Assembly (NCBI GenBank): GCA_963765495.1
Contig: CAVXWP010000008.1
Location: 64,001 to 128,000, forward strand
Source of the DNA: Blastocatellia bacterium
GTDB taxonomy: Bacteria; Acidobacteriota; Blastocatellia; UBA7656
Direction: 5' to 3'
DNA length: 64,000 nt
How positions within the stretch are numbered: the first letter of the stretch is position 1; each line of letters begins with the position of its first letter. This document shows positions 29,828 through 39,622 of this stretch, piece after piece. Below the pieces are notes generated by a model, which ran no database searches, was not told where the DNA came from, and worked only from the letters and a program-made list of their open reading frames with translations. A program made the position numbers and the translations under genes.

Positions 29828-30616
29828 CTATCCTCCTTTAAGCTCGCGAACGAGTGCGCCTACCCGCTCGATCAGGTGCGGGTCTGTGGCCCGCTCTTCT
29901 ATTTCAGAAACAATGCGGCTACCGACGACCGCCGCATCCGCGTGCTGCCAAACCGCTTTTACATGCTCGTGCGTTGAGACCCCAAATCCGACGGCCACCG
30001 GCAAATCGCTGAACCTGCGCACGCGCTCGACAAGGCTCGCGCTCGCTTCGGAAAGATTCTGCCTCACACCCGTGATCCCTGTGCGCGACACGGCATAGAT
30101 GAATCCGGTGCTTGCTTTAGCGACCAGCCTGATTCTTTCATCCGTGCTCGTAGGCGCGACCAGGAAAATAGTGTTGATCCCGGCCTCCTTCATGATCGCC
30201 GTGAACTCATCTGCCTCTTCCGGCACGAGGTCTGTCCCGAGAACGCCGTCAATACCTGCGCTTTTCAGTTGCTCGCCAAGCGATTCCAGCCCGAGCGCAA
30301 GCATCGGGTTGAGATAGCTGAACAGCATTATAGGCACGTCGCTCGATTTGCGGATTTCACTGACGAGATCGAGACAATCGCGCGCGCTGACTCTGTTTGC
30401 AAGAGCGCGCTCGGATGCACGCTGTATAACGGGGCCGTCGGCCACCGGATCAGAGAACGGCACGCCAAGCTCGATGATGTCTGCGCCGCTTCGTTCGAGT
30501 TCGAGAATGAGTCGCCCGCTCGTTTCAAGATCGGGGTCGCCCGCAGTGATGTACGGGATAAATGCCTTGCGCCCTTCGCGCCTCAGATCATTGAGCTTCG
30601 ATTCTATCCGGGTCAT
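29828..30616 (-). CDS. trpA: Tryptophan synthase alpha subunit
   Basis: YITAGDP, ELGVPFSDPVADGPVIQ, SRTGITG and VGFGV motifs. Confidence 0.97.
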   Translation of the reverse strand: MTRIESKLNDLRREGRKAFIPYITAGDPDLETSGRLILELERSGADIIELGVPFSDPVADGPVIQRASERALANRVSARDCLDLVSEIRKSSDVPIMLFSYLNPMLALGLESLGEQLKSAGIDGVLGTDLVPEEADEFTAIMKEAGINTIFLVAPTSTDERIRLVAKASTGFIYAVSRTGITGVRQNLSEASASLVERVRRFSDLPVAVGFGVSTHEHVKAVWQHADAAVVGSRIVSEIEERATDPHLIERVGALVRELKGG

Positions 30617-30629
30617 AGGCTATGGGATT

Positions 30630-31856
30630 TCAGGTTTGAGATTTGAGATTTGAAATCAATTCGGCGGCCGTGTTGACATCCTTGTCGCCCCGGCCCGAAA
30701 GATTCACGATAACCACCTGATCGGGTTTCATCCGGGGCGCAATCTTCACAACCTCCGCTATCGCGTGCGCGCTTTCAAGCGCGGGGATGATGCCTTCCAG
30801 TCGCGAGAGCATCTGAAAGGCTTCCATCGCTTCCTCATCCGTCGCAGAAGAGTAACTGATGCGGCCCGCGTCTTTCAAATAGGCGTGCTCCGGTCCTATG
30901 GCCGAGTAATCAAGCCCGGCTGAGATCGAATGCGTAGTCGAAATCTGCCCGTTCATATCCTGCAAAATGTAGCTGCGGGTTCCTTGAAGGACTCCCGGGC
31001 TTCCCCCACCGAAGCGAGCCGCGTGCTCGCCCAATGCCGTTCCTCTGCCGCCCGCCTCAACCCCTGTCATGCTGACATCCGAATCATTGAGGAAATCAAA
31101 AAAGAGCCCTATGGAATTGCTGCCGCCGCCAACACAGGCGATCAACAGATCAGGCATTCGGCCTTCGAGTTCCATTATCTGCGCGCGGGCTTCCTTGCCG
31201 ATTATCGCCTGAAAATCGCGCACCATCGCCGGATAAGGATGCGGACCCATCACCGAACCGAGCAGATAGTATGTGTCTTCGACGTTTGTGACCCAATCTC
31301 TGAGCGCTTCATTGATGGCATCCTTCAGAGTGCGGCTACCCGCGTTTACTCCCGCCACTTCCGCTCCGAGCAACCGCATACGAAACACATTCAATTCCTG
31401 TCGCCGCATGTCCTCGGTGCCCATATAGACTCTGCACTTGAGATTCATCAGCGCGCAAACGGTAGCCGTAGCCACTCCGTGCTGCCCCGCTCCGGTCTCG
31501 GCGATGATGCGCGATTTCGACATGCGCCGGGCAAGCAAAGCCTGTCCCACGGCGTTGTTGATTTTGTGCGCGCCCGTGTGGCAGAGGTCTTCTCGCTTCA
31601 GATAAATCCGAGCGCCCCCCAGATGCCGGGTCAATCGGGATGCAAACATTAACGGCGTTGGCCGTCCCACATAATGCAGAAGCAACTCATCAAGCTCGCG
31701 TTTGAATGCGGGATCGCTTCGCGCCTGCTCGTACCCGGCAGTCAACTCTTCAAGAGGATGCATCAACGTCTCAGGCACAAACCTTCCGCCGTATGGCCCG
31801 AAATGACCTCTTGAATCCGGCATATTGTAATCTTGTTTTCCCTCAACCTTGCTCAT
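30630..31856 (-). CDS. trpB: Tryptophan synthase beta subunit
   Basis: [38 protein letters not shown] and NLSGRGDKD motifs. Confidence 0.98.
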   Translation of the reverse strand: MSKVEGKQDYNMPDSRGHFGPYGGRFVPETLMHPLEELTAGYEQARSDPAFKRELDELLLHYVGRPTPLMFASRLTRHLGGARIYLKREDLCHTGAHKINNAVGQALLARRMSKSRIIAETGAGQHGVATATVCALMNLKCRVYMGTEDMRRQELNVFRMRLLGAEVAGVNAGSRTLKDAINEALRDWVTNVEDTYYLLGSVMGPHPYPAMVRDFQAIIGKEARAQIMELEGRMPDLLIACVGGGSNSIGLFFDFLNDSDVSMTGVEAGGRGTALGEHAARFGGGSPGVLQGTRSYILQDMNGQISTTHSISAGLDYSAIGPEHAYLKDAGRISYSSATDEEAMEAFQMLSRLEGIIPALESAHAIAEVVKIAPRMKPDQVVIVNLSGRGDKDVNTAAELISNLKSQT

Positions 31857-31873
31857 CAAATCGTCTCCTCGGA

Positions 31874-31998
31874 GCAGTATGCAGTAGGCAGTTGATTCTG
31901 AACTGACGAATTTTGCTAAAGAGGGTAAGGCGTATGCATAAGAATAGGTGGTACCCATCTCCGGTACTGCCTACTGCATACTGCTTACTGCCTACTGC
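31874..31998. repeat. Palindromic element family B, 73-bp core
   Basis: GCAGTA(G/T) arms; its arm encodes the trpF C-terminus SSRQ* and stop. Confidence 0.88.
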
Positions 31999-32614
31999 TC
32001 CGAGCCACTTCGGCCATAAACCTCGTCAGTTTGTCCAGATCTTTGCGGCCCGGTTCGGCTTCGACTCCGCTGCAAACATCAATCGCCATTGGGGCCACCT
32101 GTTTGATTGCCTCCGCGACGTTTTCAATTGTGATCCCGCCCGCAAGAATTATCGGAGCATGTCGCTTTGCTTGAAGGGCTGCGCTCCAATCAAATCGCTC
32201 TCCGGTCCCGCCGTAAGAGCCTTTTATTTTTGTGTCGAGCAACACCGCGCTGACCGGGTACTCTTTAACCAGATCACAATCAAAGTCATCGCCGACTCTT
32301 AGCGCCTTTATGATTTTGATCTCGCCAAGACTCAGGCAAAACTCGGGCGATTCGTCGCCGTGAAGCTGAACCCCGCTCAATCCTACCCGTGATGCGATGT
32401 CAATTATCCGCTCGCGGTCCTCATTGACAAAGACGCCTATCGAGGAGACCAGAGGCGGGAGGCCGCAGATAATCTCCCTCGCCTTTTTGGGCGCTATGTA
32501 ACGCGAACTGCCCGGCCAGAAATTGAATCCGAGCGCGTCCGCACCGCACGCGAGCGCCGCGTGAGCTTCTTCGACCGTTCGCACGCCGCAAATCTTAACC
32601 CGCACTCTTCGCAT
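31985..32614 (-). CDS. trpF: Phosphoribosylanthranilate isomerase
   Basis: VKICG, QLHGDE, GGTG..FDW, LAGG and D..SGVE motifs. Confidence 0.96.
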   Translation of the reverse strand: MRRVRVKICGVRTVEEAHAALACGADALGFNFWPGSSRYIAPKKAREIICGLPPLVSSIGVFVNEDRERIIDIASRVGLSGVQLHGDESPEFCLSLGEIKIIKALRVGDDFDCDLVKEYPVSAVLLDTKIKGSYGGTGERFDWSAALQAKRHAPIILAGGITIENVAEAIKQVAPMAIDVCSGVEAEPGRKDLDKLTRFMAEVARSSRQ

Positions 32615-33428
32615 CTTTATCAGCTTCGGCAATCAATTCTGCAAGCGCCTCTCCCGGTCGTGGAGCGCGCATCAGATGCTCTCCTACGAGAAAACCCTGA
32701 AACCCTGCCGCTTGCAATCGCTTTATGTCTTCTTGCGTGCGAATACCGCTTTCGCTTACGAGAATCGTTTCGGAAGAGGCCAGCCCGCAAAGCCCTACCG
32801 ATGTTTCAAGCTCGACTTTGAAAGTAGTCAAATCGCGATTATTCACGCCAAGGATTCGAGCGCCCGCCCGTGTTGCTCGAAGTAATTCCTGTTTGGTGTG
32901 GACTTCGACCAGCGCGTCGAGTCCCAGCTCGCCTGAGACCGCTATCAACCGCCAAAGCAACTCATCATCAAGTATAGCCGTTATCAGCAAAATCGCATCG
33001 GCCCCGGCCTCAACCGCCTCAAATACCTGATATGTATCAAAGATGAAATCTTTTCTGAGCAAGGGCAAACCTATGCGCTTTCTGATGTCGCGGAGATAGT
33101 CGAGCGATCCGCCGAAGAAGTCCTCTTCCGTGAGAATCGAAAGCGCAGCCGCGCCTGCCCGGCTGTACTCTTCTGCGATGGCGACCGGGTCAAAGTCTTC
33201 GCGAATTATTCCCTTCGAAGGAGATCGATATTTGACCTCGGCTATGATATTCGTTCGATCTGTGCGGCTCAAAGCCGCGGCCAGCGAAAGCGGGTGTCGA
33301 AGACTTGCGCGCTCGCGCAGGTCTTCGATTGAGCGCAGGCGCTTCGCCTCTTCCACGCGCACGCGCCTGGCCCTGACTATCTGATCGAGAATGCCTGTGA
33401 CTTTCAGTAAGCCTTCGCCCGCCGTCAT
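32595..33428 (-). CDS. trpC: Indole-3-glycerol-phosphate synthase
   Basis: IAEVK..SPSKG, LRKDFI, LVEVH, GVNNRDL and SESGI motifs. Confidence 0.96.
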   Translation of the reverse strand: MTAGEGLLKVTGILDQIVRARRVRVEEAKRLRSIEDLRERASLRHPLSLAAALSRTDRTNIIAEVKYRSPSKGIIREDFDPVAIAEEYSRAGAAALSILTEEDFFGGSLDYLRDIRKRIGLPLLRKDFIFDTYQVFEAVEAGADAILLITAILDDELLWRLIAVSGELGLDALVEVHTKQELLRATRAGARILGVNNRDLTTFKVELETSVGLCGLASSETILVSESGIRTQEDIKRLQAAGFQGFLVGEHLMRAPRPGEALAELIAEADKDAKSAG

Positions 33429-33442
33429 CTTAATCTTCTCTT

Positions 33443-34006
33443 TCAAAGTTTCAAGAAATTCTCAAGCAGCAGCTTGCCGTGTTCGCTCATCACCGATTCG
33501 GGATGAAACTGCACTCCTTCGATCTGGTGCTCCCGATGTCTGAGCCCCATAATCACACCATCCGGCGTAGTGGCCGAGACTTCGAGCGCTTCGGGAAGAC
33601 CCTCTTGATCAACTATCAAAGAATGATAGCGGGTAGCGCGGAACCGATACGGCAGCCCTTTGAAAATAGTCTGCGCGTCGTGACAGATTTCCGATGTCTT
33701 GCCGTGCATCAACACAGGCGCGCTTATGACCTTCCCGCCAAATGCCCGCCCTATCGCCTGATGGCCCAGACAGACCCCGAGCATCGGAATCCGCCCGGCA
33801 AATTCGCGTATCGCATCAATAGTAATGCCCGCGTTTTCAGGCACTCCCGGCCCGGGCGAGAATACCAGCCGCTCAGGATTCATCTGCCTTACCTCGTCCA
33901 GCCTTAGCGCGTCGTTACGCGAAACCTTAACCTCTGCGCCCAGTTCTCCAAGATACTGAACCAGGTTGTAAGTGAATGAGTCGTAATTATCTATGACCAG
34001 AATCAT
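33443..34006 (-). CDS. trpG: Anthranilate/aminodeoxychorismate synthase component II
   Basis: [28 protein letters not shown] and GVQFHPES motifs. Confidence 0.93.
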   Translation of the reverse strand: MILVIDNYDSFTYNLVQYLGELGAEVKVSRNDALRLDEVRQMNPERLVFSPGPGVPENAGITIDAIREFAGRIPMLGVCLGHQAIGRAFGGKVISAPVLMHGKTSEICHDAQTIFKGLPYRFRATRYHSLIVDQEGLPEALEVSATTPDGVIMGLRHREHQIEGVQFHPESVMSEHGKLLLENFLKL

Positions 34007-34176
34007 CGGCCCAATTCTACAGCTTTGTGCCACTGGAAGAAAACCGCCCCAGAGCAATGTTATCCGCCCAACCCGTTGCCGACACCCTCCTCTAACCGAT
34101 TTCTGCTGATGATCCCTGGCCCGATTCTTGCCGTAAATCTTTCTTCTCCGCTTATCTCGTGAGCAATTCTATTTAT

Positions 34177-34230
34177 TTGACATTGGATGGAACCCACCGC
34201 TACTATCAACGTAGTAAGTGTTTACTTACT
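34177..34230 (+). promoter_or_regulatory. sigma70 promoter and TetR operator for the efflux operon
   Basis: TTGACA (34177)-18 bp-TACTAT (34201), then palindrome AGTAAGT-gttt-ACTTACT (34213-34230). Confidence 0.7.
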
Positions 34231-34266
34231 TAGGATAAAAAAGAGGAGGACCGGAAGCGGCCAAAG

Positions 34267-34941
34267 ATGTCGAGAAGCAATTTGAAAACAGTGGTGACGG
34301 GGATAGAAGAAGGGGGGCGGATGTCCTGCGTAGACCGCCGCCAGCAGCTCATACGAGTAGCGATTAAAGTGTTCTCTCAAAAAGGGTTTAGCGGAGCGAC
34401 CACAAAGGAAATAGCCTCTGCGGCAGGCGTGAGCGAAGCTATCATCTTTCGCCATTTTCCCACAAAGGACGATCTTTACGCGGCGATTCTCGATCACAAG
34501 GCAAGCGAATCGAGCGTCGATGTCTGGCTAAAGGAGTTGAGCGAGTATGCCGAGCGCCGCGATGATGAGGGGCTCTTTCAGGTGCTGGCCGCAAGGATTG
34601 TGGAGCATCACCGCAAGGATGTGGATTTCGTGCGCCTGATGTTGTACTCGGCGCTTGAAGGACACGAGCTGGCAAGACAATTCAGAGAGAAACAATTTCT
34701 GCCCATTCACGACTTCCTCCGGGATTATATAGCCGCTCGGCAGAAAGAAGGCGCATTCCGCGACTGCAACCCGAGAATGGCCGTCCGCGCCTTTGTCGGC
34801 ATGCCGTTTTATCACTCTATTATGAACTGGTTGTTCGAGTTTAATGTTGTGGAGATCAGCGATAAAAAGGCCACAGAAGCATTCACCAACCTGATACTGA
34901 GCGGGCTTCGCGCCGAGGCCGCTTCCGCCGCCGAGGAGTAA
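34267..34941 (+). CDS. TetR/AcrR family transcriptional regulator
   Basis: A..VF..KGF..ATTKEIA..AGVSEA.IFRHF.TK HTH. Confidence 0.93.
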   Translation: MSRSNLKTVVTGIEEGGRMSCVDRRQQLIRVAIKVFSQKGFSGATTKEIASAAGVSEAIIFRHFPTKDDLYAAILDHKASESSVDVWLKELSEYAERRDDEGLFQVLAARIVEHHRKDVDFVRLMLYSALEGHELARQFREKQFLPIHDFLRDYIAARQKEGAFRDCNPRMAVRAFVGMPFYHSIMNWLFEFNVVEISDKKATEAFTNLILSGLRAEAASAAEE

Positions 34942-34950
34942 TACTTCACT

Positions 34951-36282
34951 ATGACATCACCATTTCGCATTAGGGGAAAATACATATTGGCATGTCTTTG
35001 CGTGGTGCTTGCCGGGGCGCTGTTTTTATCCGCCTGCGGACGATCAAAAGCGACCACGGAAAACAACGATTCAAATGCTTCGACGGCCGAAGCCGCAGAG
35101 CTTCACCCCGTTGAGGTAACGACATCCGAGGCTACTTCGGAAGAAGTCCCGGCCTTTATTCAGGCGACCGGCAGTTTTGACGCCGATGAGACATCGGATG
35201 TGGCCGCGCAAACAAGCGGGCAGGTAGCGCAAACGCCTATAGACGTGGGCGCATTCGTAAAAAAGGGCGCGGTTATTGCAGTGCTTGATGCCAGGGACGC
35301 CCGGTTGAGATTCCAGCAAGCGCTCGCCGCAGAGCGACAAAATGAGGCTGCGCTCAGACAGGCAGAGGCCAAAATAGGGCTTCTCGAAGGAGGGACGTTT
35401 TCCGCCTCGGAAGTGCCCGAAGTTCGAGCCGCCAGCCAGAATTACGAGTCGGCCAGAGCACAGGCGGAACTCGCCGAGACGAATGCCCGCCGCTACGAAA
35501 ATCTGGTTGAAACCGGCGATGTCTCAAGGATGATTTACGACCAGGCGAAGACTCAGGCCGAAACGGCTCGCGCTCAGGCCAATGCGGCCCGCCAGCAGTT
35601 GGAAGTGGTTATAAACGTCGCCAAGCAGAACAATCAGGCCATAGCGCAGGCTCAGGCAAATCTGGATGCCGCGCGTTCGGCAACCGCGCTTGCGAGAAAG
35701 ACCGTCGATGATACAAACATAAGAGCGCCGTTTTCCGGCTATGTCAGCGACCGCCCCGTAGCTCCGGGCGAGTATATAACGCCCGCCTCGAAAGTGGTGA
35801 CCCTGCTCAGGACCGACCCGATAAAGTTGAAGCTCCAACTGCCCGAAGCCGACGCGGGCCGGGCACATCCCGGAATGACCGTAGTCGCTACGGTGACTGC
35901 TTTTCCTGATCGGGAATTTACAGGTAAGGTGACGATAATAAATCCTTCGATTGACCCGGTTTCGCGCACCGTGACGGTAGAGGCATATTTTGACAATCCC
36001 GGTAATGCGCTCAGACCGAATATGTTCGCAAGCGCGCGCATACTGCTCCCGGAAGGCGAGCAGGGAATCTTCATACCGAAATCTGCGATCATCACCGACT
36101 CGACCACGGCATCATCGCGTGTCTATGTGATAGACGGTACGGTCGCCCGGTTGCGCGTAGTGCAGACCGGACCCGAGATGGAGAACCGCGTGCAAGTGTT
36201 ATCGGGAGTAACGACGGGTGAAAAGGTCGCCACAAGCAACCTCGACCAGCTTTTCGACGGCGCGCAGGTGGTGCCTAAATGA
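34951..36282 (+). CDS. RND efflux periplasmic adaptor (MFP), lipoprotein
   Basis: LSAC lipobox, lipoyl halves, coiled-coil hairpin, IRAPFSG and LRPNMFA. Confidence 0.93.
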   Translation: MTSPFRIRGKYILACLCVVLAGALFLSACGRSKATTENNDSNASTAEAAELHPVEVTTSEATSEEVPAFIQATGSFDADETSDVAAQTSGQVAQTPIDVGAFVKKGAVIAVLDARDARLRFQQALAAERQNEAALRQAEAKIGLLEGGTFSASEVPEVRAASQNYESARAQAELAETNARRYENLVETGDVSRMIYDQAKTQAETARAQANAARQQLEVVINVAKQNNQAIAQAQANLDAARSATALARKTVDDTNIRAPFSGYVSDRPVAPGEYITPASKVVTLLRTDPIKLKLQLPEADAGRAHPGMTVVATVTAFPDREFTGKVTIINPSIDPVSRTVTVEAYFDNPGNALRPNMFASARILLPEGEQGIFIPKSAIITDSTTASSRVYVIDGTVARLRVVQTGPEMENRVQVLSGVTTGEKVATSNLDQLFDGAQVVPK

Positions 36283-36352
36283 TGAACCCGCTCGGTTGTT
36301 TGCTGTCAGTTGCAACTGACAGCCTGGGACTGACAACGGACAGAGGACAATC

Positions 36353-39300
36353 ATGCAGAAGTTAGCTGAGATATGTGTTCGCCGCCCCGTTTTTGCTACG
36401 GTACTGATACTAGCTCTTACCGTGGTGGGCATCTTTTCTTTCAACTCGCTCGGCGTAGACCTGTTCCCAAAGATTGATCTTCCGACTGTAACCGTCACGG
36501 TGGTCAATCCGGGCGCTTCGCCCCAGGAGATTGAAACCGAAGTCACCGACAAGATCGAAGGCGCTATCAATACCGTCAGCGGGATTGACGAATTGCGCTC
36601 GACTTCGGTCGAAGGCGTATCGCAGGTATTTGTCACATTTATTCTGGAAAAGAACCCCGACGTGGCCACGCAAGAGATTCGCGATAAGGTGAATCTGATC
36701 GTCGGCGACCTGCCGGAAACCGCCGAAGACCCTATCATTCAAAAGCTCAACACCGATGCCACGCCCGTTCTTCAGATAGCCGTTTCAGCGCCCGGCTCGC
36801 TACGCGATGTCACCTATGTTGCAGATAACCAGATCAAGCAGCGAATCGAGAGCATAAACGGCGTAGGCGAGGTGCAGATAGTCGGTCGCCAGCAGCGCGA
36901 GATTCACGTCTTTGTCGATCCAGATAAACTGCGCGCCTATAACGTCACTGTAGCCGAGGTAGCAAACGCCGTCCGCGAGCAGAATATGGAGGTGCCGGGC
37001 GGTCGCGTCGATCAGGGCACGCGTGAACTGACGGTCCGCACTATGGGGAAAGTAATCGACCCCAAACGGTTCAACGACATAGTCGTCGCCGTTCGCGGGT
37101 CGTATCCGGTCAAGGTCAGCGACATCGGCCACGCCGAAGACGGAACCGAAGAGCAGAGAACGGCGGCCCTGCTCAACGGGCAGCCCGCCGTCACGCTGGT
37201 TGTCTCGAAGCAATCGGGGCAAAACACAGTGGCGGTGGCCGAGGCTGTAAAACAACGCCTCGCCGAAATCAAACCGACTCTGCCACCCGACTATCGCGTA
37301 GAGGTGGTTGGCGATCAATCAATATTTATCAAGGCGTCGGTTGATGCGATCAAGACACACCTTGTCGAAGGCGGATTGCTTGCCGCGCTCGTGGTCTTTA
37401 TCTTCCTGTGGAATTTCCGCTCTACGATCATCGCGGCGGTCGCCATTCCTACCTCGATCATCGCGACATTCGGTTTGATGGCGGCGATGGGTTACACGCT
37501 GAATAAGATCACAATGCTCGCGCTCACGCTGATGGTCGGTATAGTTATTGACGACGCGATAGTTGTGCTCGAAAACATCTATCGCTACATCGAAGAAAAA
37601 GGCATGGCTCCGTTTCAGGCAGCCATCGAAGGAACACGCGAAATCGGTCTCGCTGTAATGGCGACTACGCTTTCGCTGCTGGCCGTCTTTATCCCCGTAG
37701 GTTTTATGGGCGGGATTGTAGGCCGTTTCATGTCCTCATTCGGTTTGACATCCGCATTCGCAATCGCGGTATCGCTTCTGGTGTCGTTTACCTTGACCCC
37801 AATGCTTGCGGCAAGGCTCATAAAGCGGCGCGAGACGACGATGGCTATCGCGAGCGGCGAGGCTGATGATGAAGCCCTGTCCGAGCGGGAAGCCGGTCCT
37901 GTGAAGGCGGATGTGGAGTCAAAGGAATCGCGTTTCTACAGACCCATTGATCGCACCTACACGATGTTATTGCACTGGTCGCTCGATCACAGGTGGGCGA
38001 TAGTTGGATTGTGCGGCCTCGTGATTTTGAGCATCGTCCCGCTCTTCATGTTTGTAGGTAAGAACTTTCTACCCGTAGACGATCAGGCGCAGTTCGAGGT
38101 ATCGGTTCGCGCGCCGGAAGGCTCGTCGCTCGCCGCTACATCGAGCATCGTTGAGCGAATCGCCACGGAAATTCGCAAGTTCCCGGGCGTACTTGAAACC
38201 CTGACGACGATTGGAGGCGGGCAGCAGCAACAGGTAAACAGCGCCTCGGTTTACGTCAAGCTCACGCCGATCGAACAACGCCACGTGTCTCAGCAGGAAT
38301 TGATGACGCGCGCGCGCGCGCTGCTCAAGCAATACCCGCAGGAACTGAGAACAAGCGTGCAGGATGTGGCGGCGGTTTCGGGTGGAGGTCAGCGCAACGC
38401 CGACATTCAATATGTGGTGAGCGGCCCCGATCTGCAAAAACTCACGGAGTATTCAGCCGTGCTGCTTGAAAAGATGAAATCAATCCCCGATGTGGTTGAC
38501 GCCGATTCGTCACTGGTTTCGGGTAAGCCGGAATTGCGCATCGTAATCGACCGCGCGCGCGCCGGTGATCTGGGCGTGAAGGTAGCCGATATAGCTCAGG
38601 CGCTCAACACGCTCGTAGCCGGGCAAAAGGTCTCGACCTTCAATGAAGGCAAGGACCAGTATGATGTGGTCGTACGGTCTACGGGGCAGTACCGCGCCAG
38701 CGCCGAGGGGCTTCAAAGGATGATCGTCACGTCGAGCAAAGCGGGATGGGTCAGCCTCGATAATCTCGTCAAGATTGATCCCGGCACAGGCCCGTCGAGC
38801 ATTGATCGCCTGAACCGTCAGCGACAGGTTACGCTTTCGGCAAACGTCAAACCGGGCGGCTCGCAGGCGGCTGTCATCAGCAAGATGAATCAGTTTGTAA
38901 AAGAGATGAAGATTGATCCGGGCTATCAGACGGGAACGGCAGGACGCTCGAAAGAGCTTGCGAAATCGGGCTACTACTTCCTGCTCGCATTCGCGCTGTC
39001 GTTTATCTTCATGTATCTGGTGCTTGCAGCGCAATTCGAATCTTTCATACATCCGGTGACGATTCTGCTCACGCTGCCACTTGCCATCCCATTCGGCATA
39101 CTGTCGCTTTTGCTGACCGGTCAGACCGTGAATATATTTTCCGGCCTCGGACTGCTCTTGCTGTTTGGCGTGGTAAAGAAAAACGCGATCTTGCAGATAG
39201 ATCATACGAACGGATTGCGCGCGCTTGGCATGACGCGCCAGGATGCGATCATTCAGGCAAACCGCGACCGGCTTCGCCCGATACTGATGACAACCATCGC

Positions 39301-39622
39301 GCTCGTTGCAGGCATGATTCCGCTGGTCGTTTCAAGCGGCCCGGGGTCGGGCACGAACAGATCAATCGGCGTGCTCGTAGTCGGCGGCCAATCGCTTTGC
39401 CTGCTGCTCACGCTGCTTGCCGTCCCGGTCTTTTACTCGTTGTTTGAAGACCTGGGCGAGTTGCGGATGTGGGGCTACATAGCCGAGCGGTACAAGATAG
39501 TCGCGGCCTATGCGAGTCGCCGATTTGCGCAAGCCGGATCATTGGCCGCAGGCATCTTCTCTCGCAAAGCAGGAAAGGAGAGTTACAAAGACAGATATGT
39601 TGACCATACATCAGGCGATTAA
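36353..39622 (+). CDS. RND efflux permease (AcrB/AcrD/AcrF family)
   Basis: RRPVFA, VIDDAIVVLEN, VKKNAIL and RLRPILMTT motifs; 1089 aa. Confidence 0.96.
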   Translation: MQKLAEICVRRPVFATVLILALTVVGIFSFNSLGVDLFPKIDLPTVTVTVVNPGASPQEIETEVTDKIEGAINTVSGIDELRSTSVEGVSQVFVTFILEKNPDVATQEIRDKVNLIVGDLPETAEDPIIQKLNTDATPVLQIAVSAPGSLRDVTYVADNQIKQRIESINGVGEVQIVGRQQREIHVFVDPDKLRAYNVTVAEVANAVREQNMEVPGGRVDQGTRELTVRTMGKVIDPKRFNDIVVAVRGSYPVKVSDIGHAEDGTEEQRTAALLNGQPAVTLVVSKQSGQNTVAVAEAVKQRLAEIKPTLPPDYRVEVVGDQSIFIKASVDAIKTHLVEGGLLAALVVFIFLWNFRSTIIAAVAIPTSIIATFGLMAAMGYTLNKITMLALTLMVGIVIDDAIVVLENIYRYIEEKGMAPFQAAIEGTREIGLAVMATTLSLLAVFIPVGFMGGIVGRFMSSFGLTSAFAIAVSLLVSFTLTPMLAARLIKRRETTMAIASGEADDEALSEREAGPVKADVESKESRFYRPIDRTYTMLLHWSLDHRWAIVGLCGLVILSIVPLFMFVGKNFLPVDDQAQFEVSVRAPEGSSLAATSSIVERIATEIRKFPGVLETLTTIGGGQQQQVNSASVYVKLTPIEQRHVSQQELMTRARALLKQYPQELRTSVQDVAAVSGGGQRNADIQYVVSGPDLQKLTEYSAVLLEKMKSIPDVVDADSSLVSGKPELRIVIDRARAGDLGVKVADIAQALNTLVAGQKVSTFNEGKDQYDVVVRSTGQYRASAEGLQRMIVTSSKAGWVSLDNLVKIDPGTGPSSIDRLNRQRQVTLSANVKPGGSQAAVISKMNQFVKEMKIDPGYQTGTAGRSKELAKSGYYFLLAFALSFIFMYLVLAAQFESFIHPVTILLTLPLAIPFGILSLLLTGQTVNIFSGLGLLLLFGVVKKNAILQIDHTNGLRALGMTRQDAIIQANRDRLRPILMTTIALVAGMIPLVVSSGPGSGTNRSIGVLVVGGQSLCLLLTLLAVPVFYSLFEDLGELRMWGYIAERYKIVAAYASRRFAQAGSLAAGIFSRKAGKESYKDRYVDHTSGD

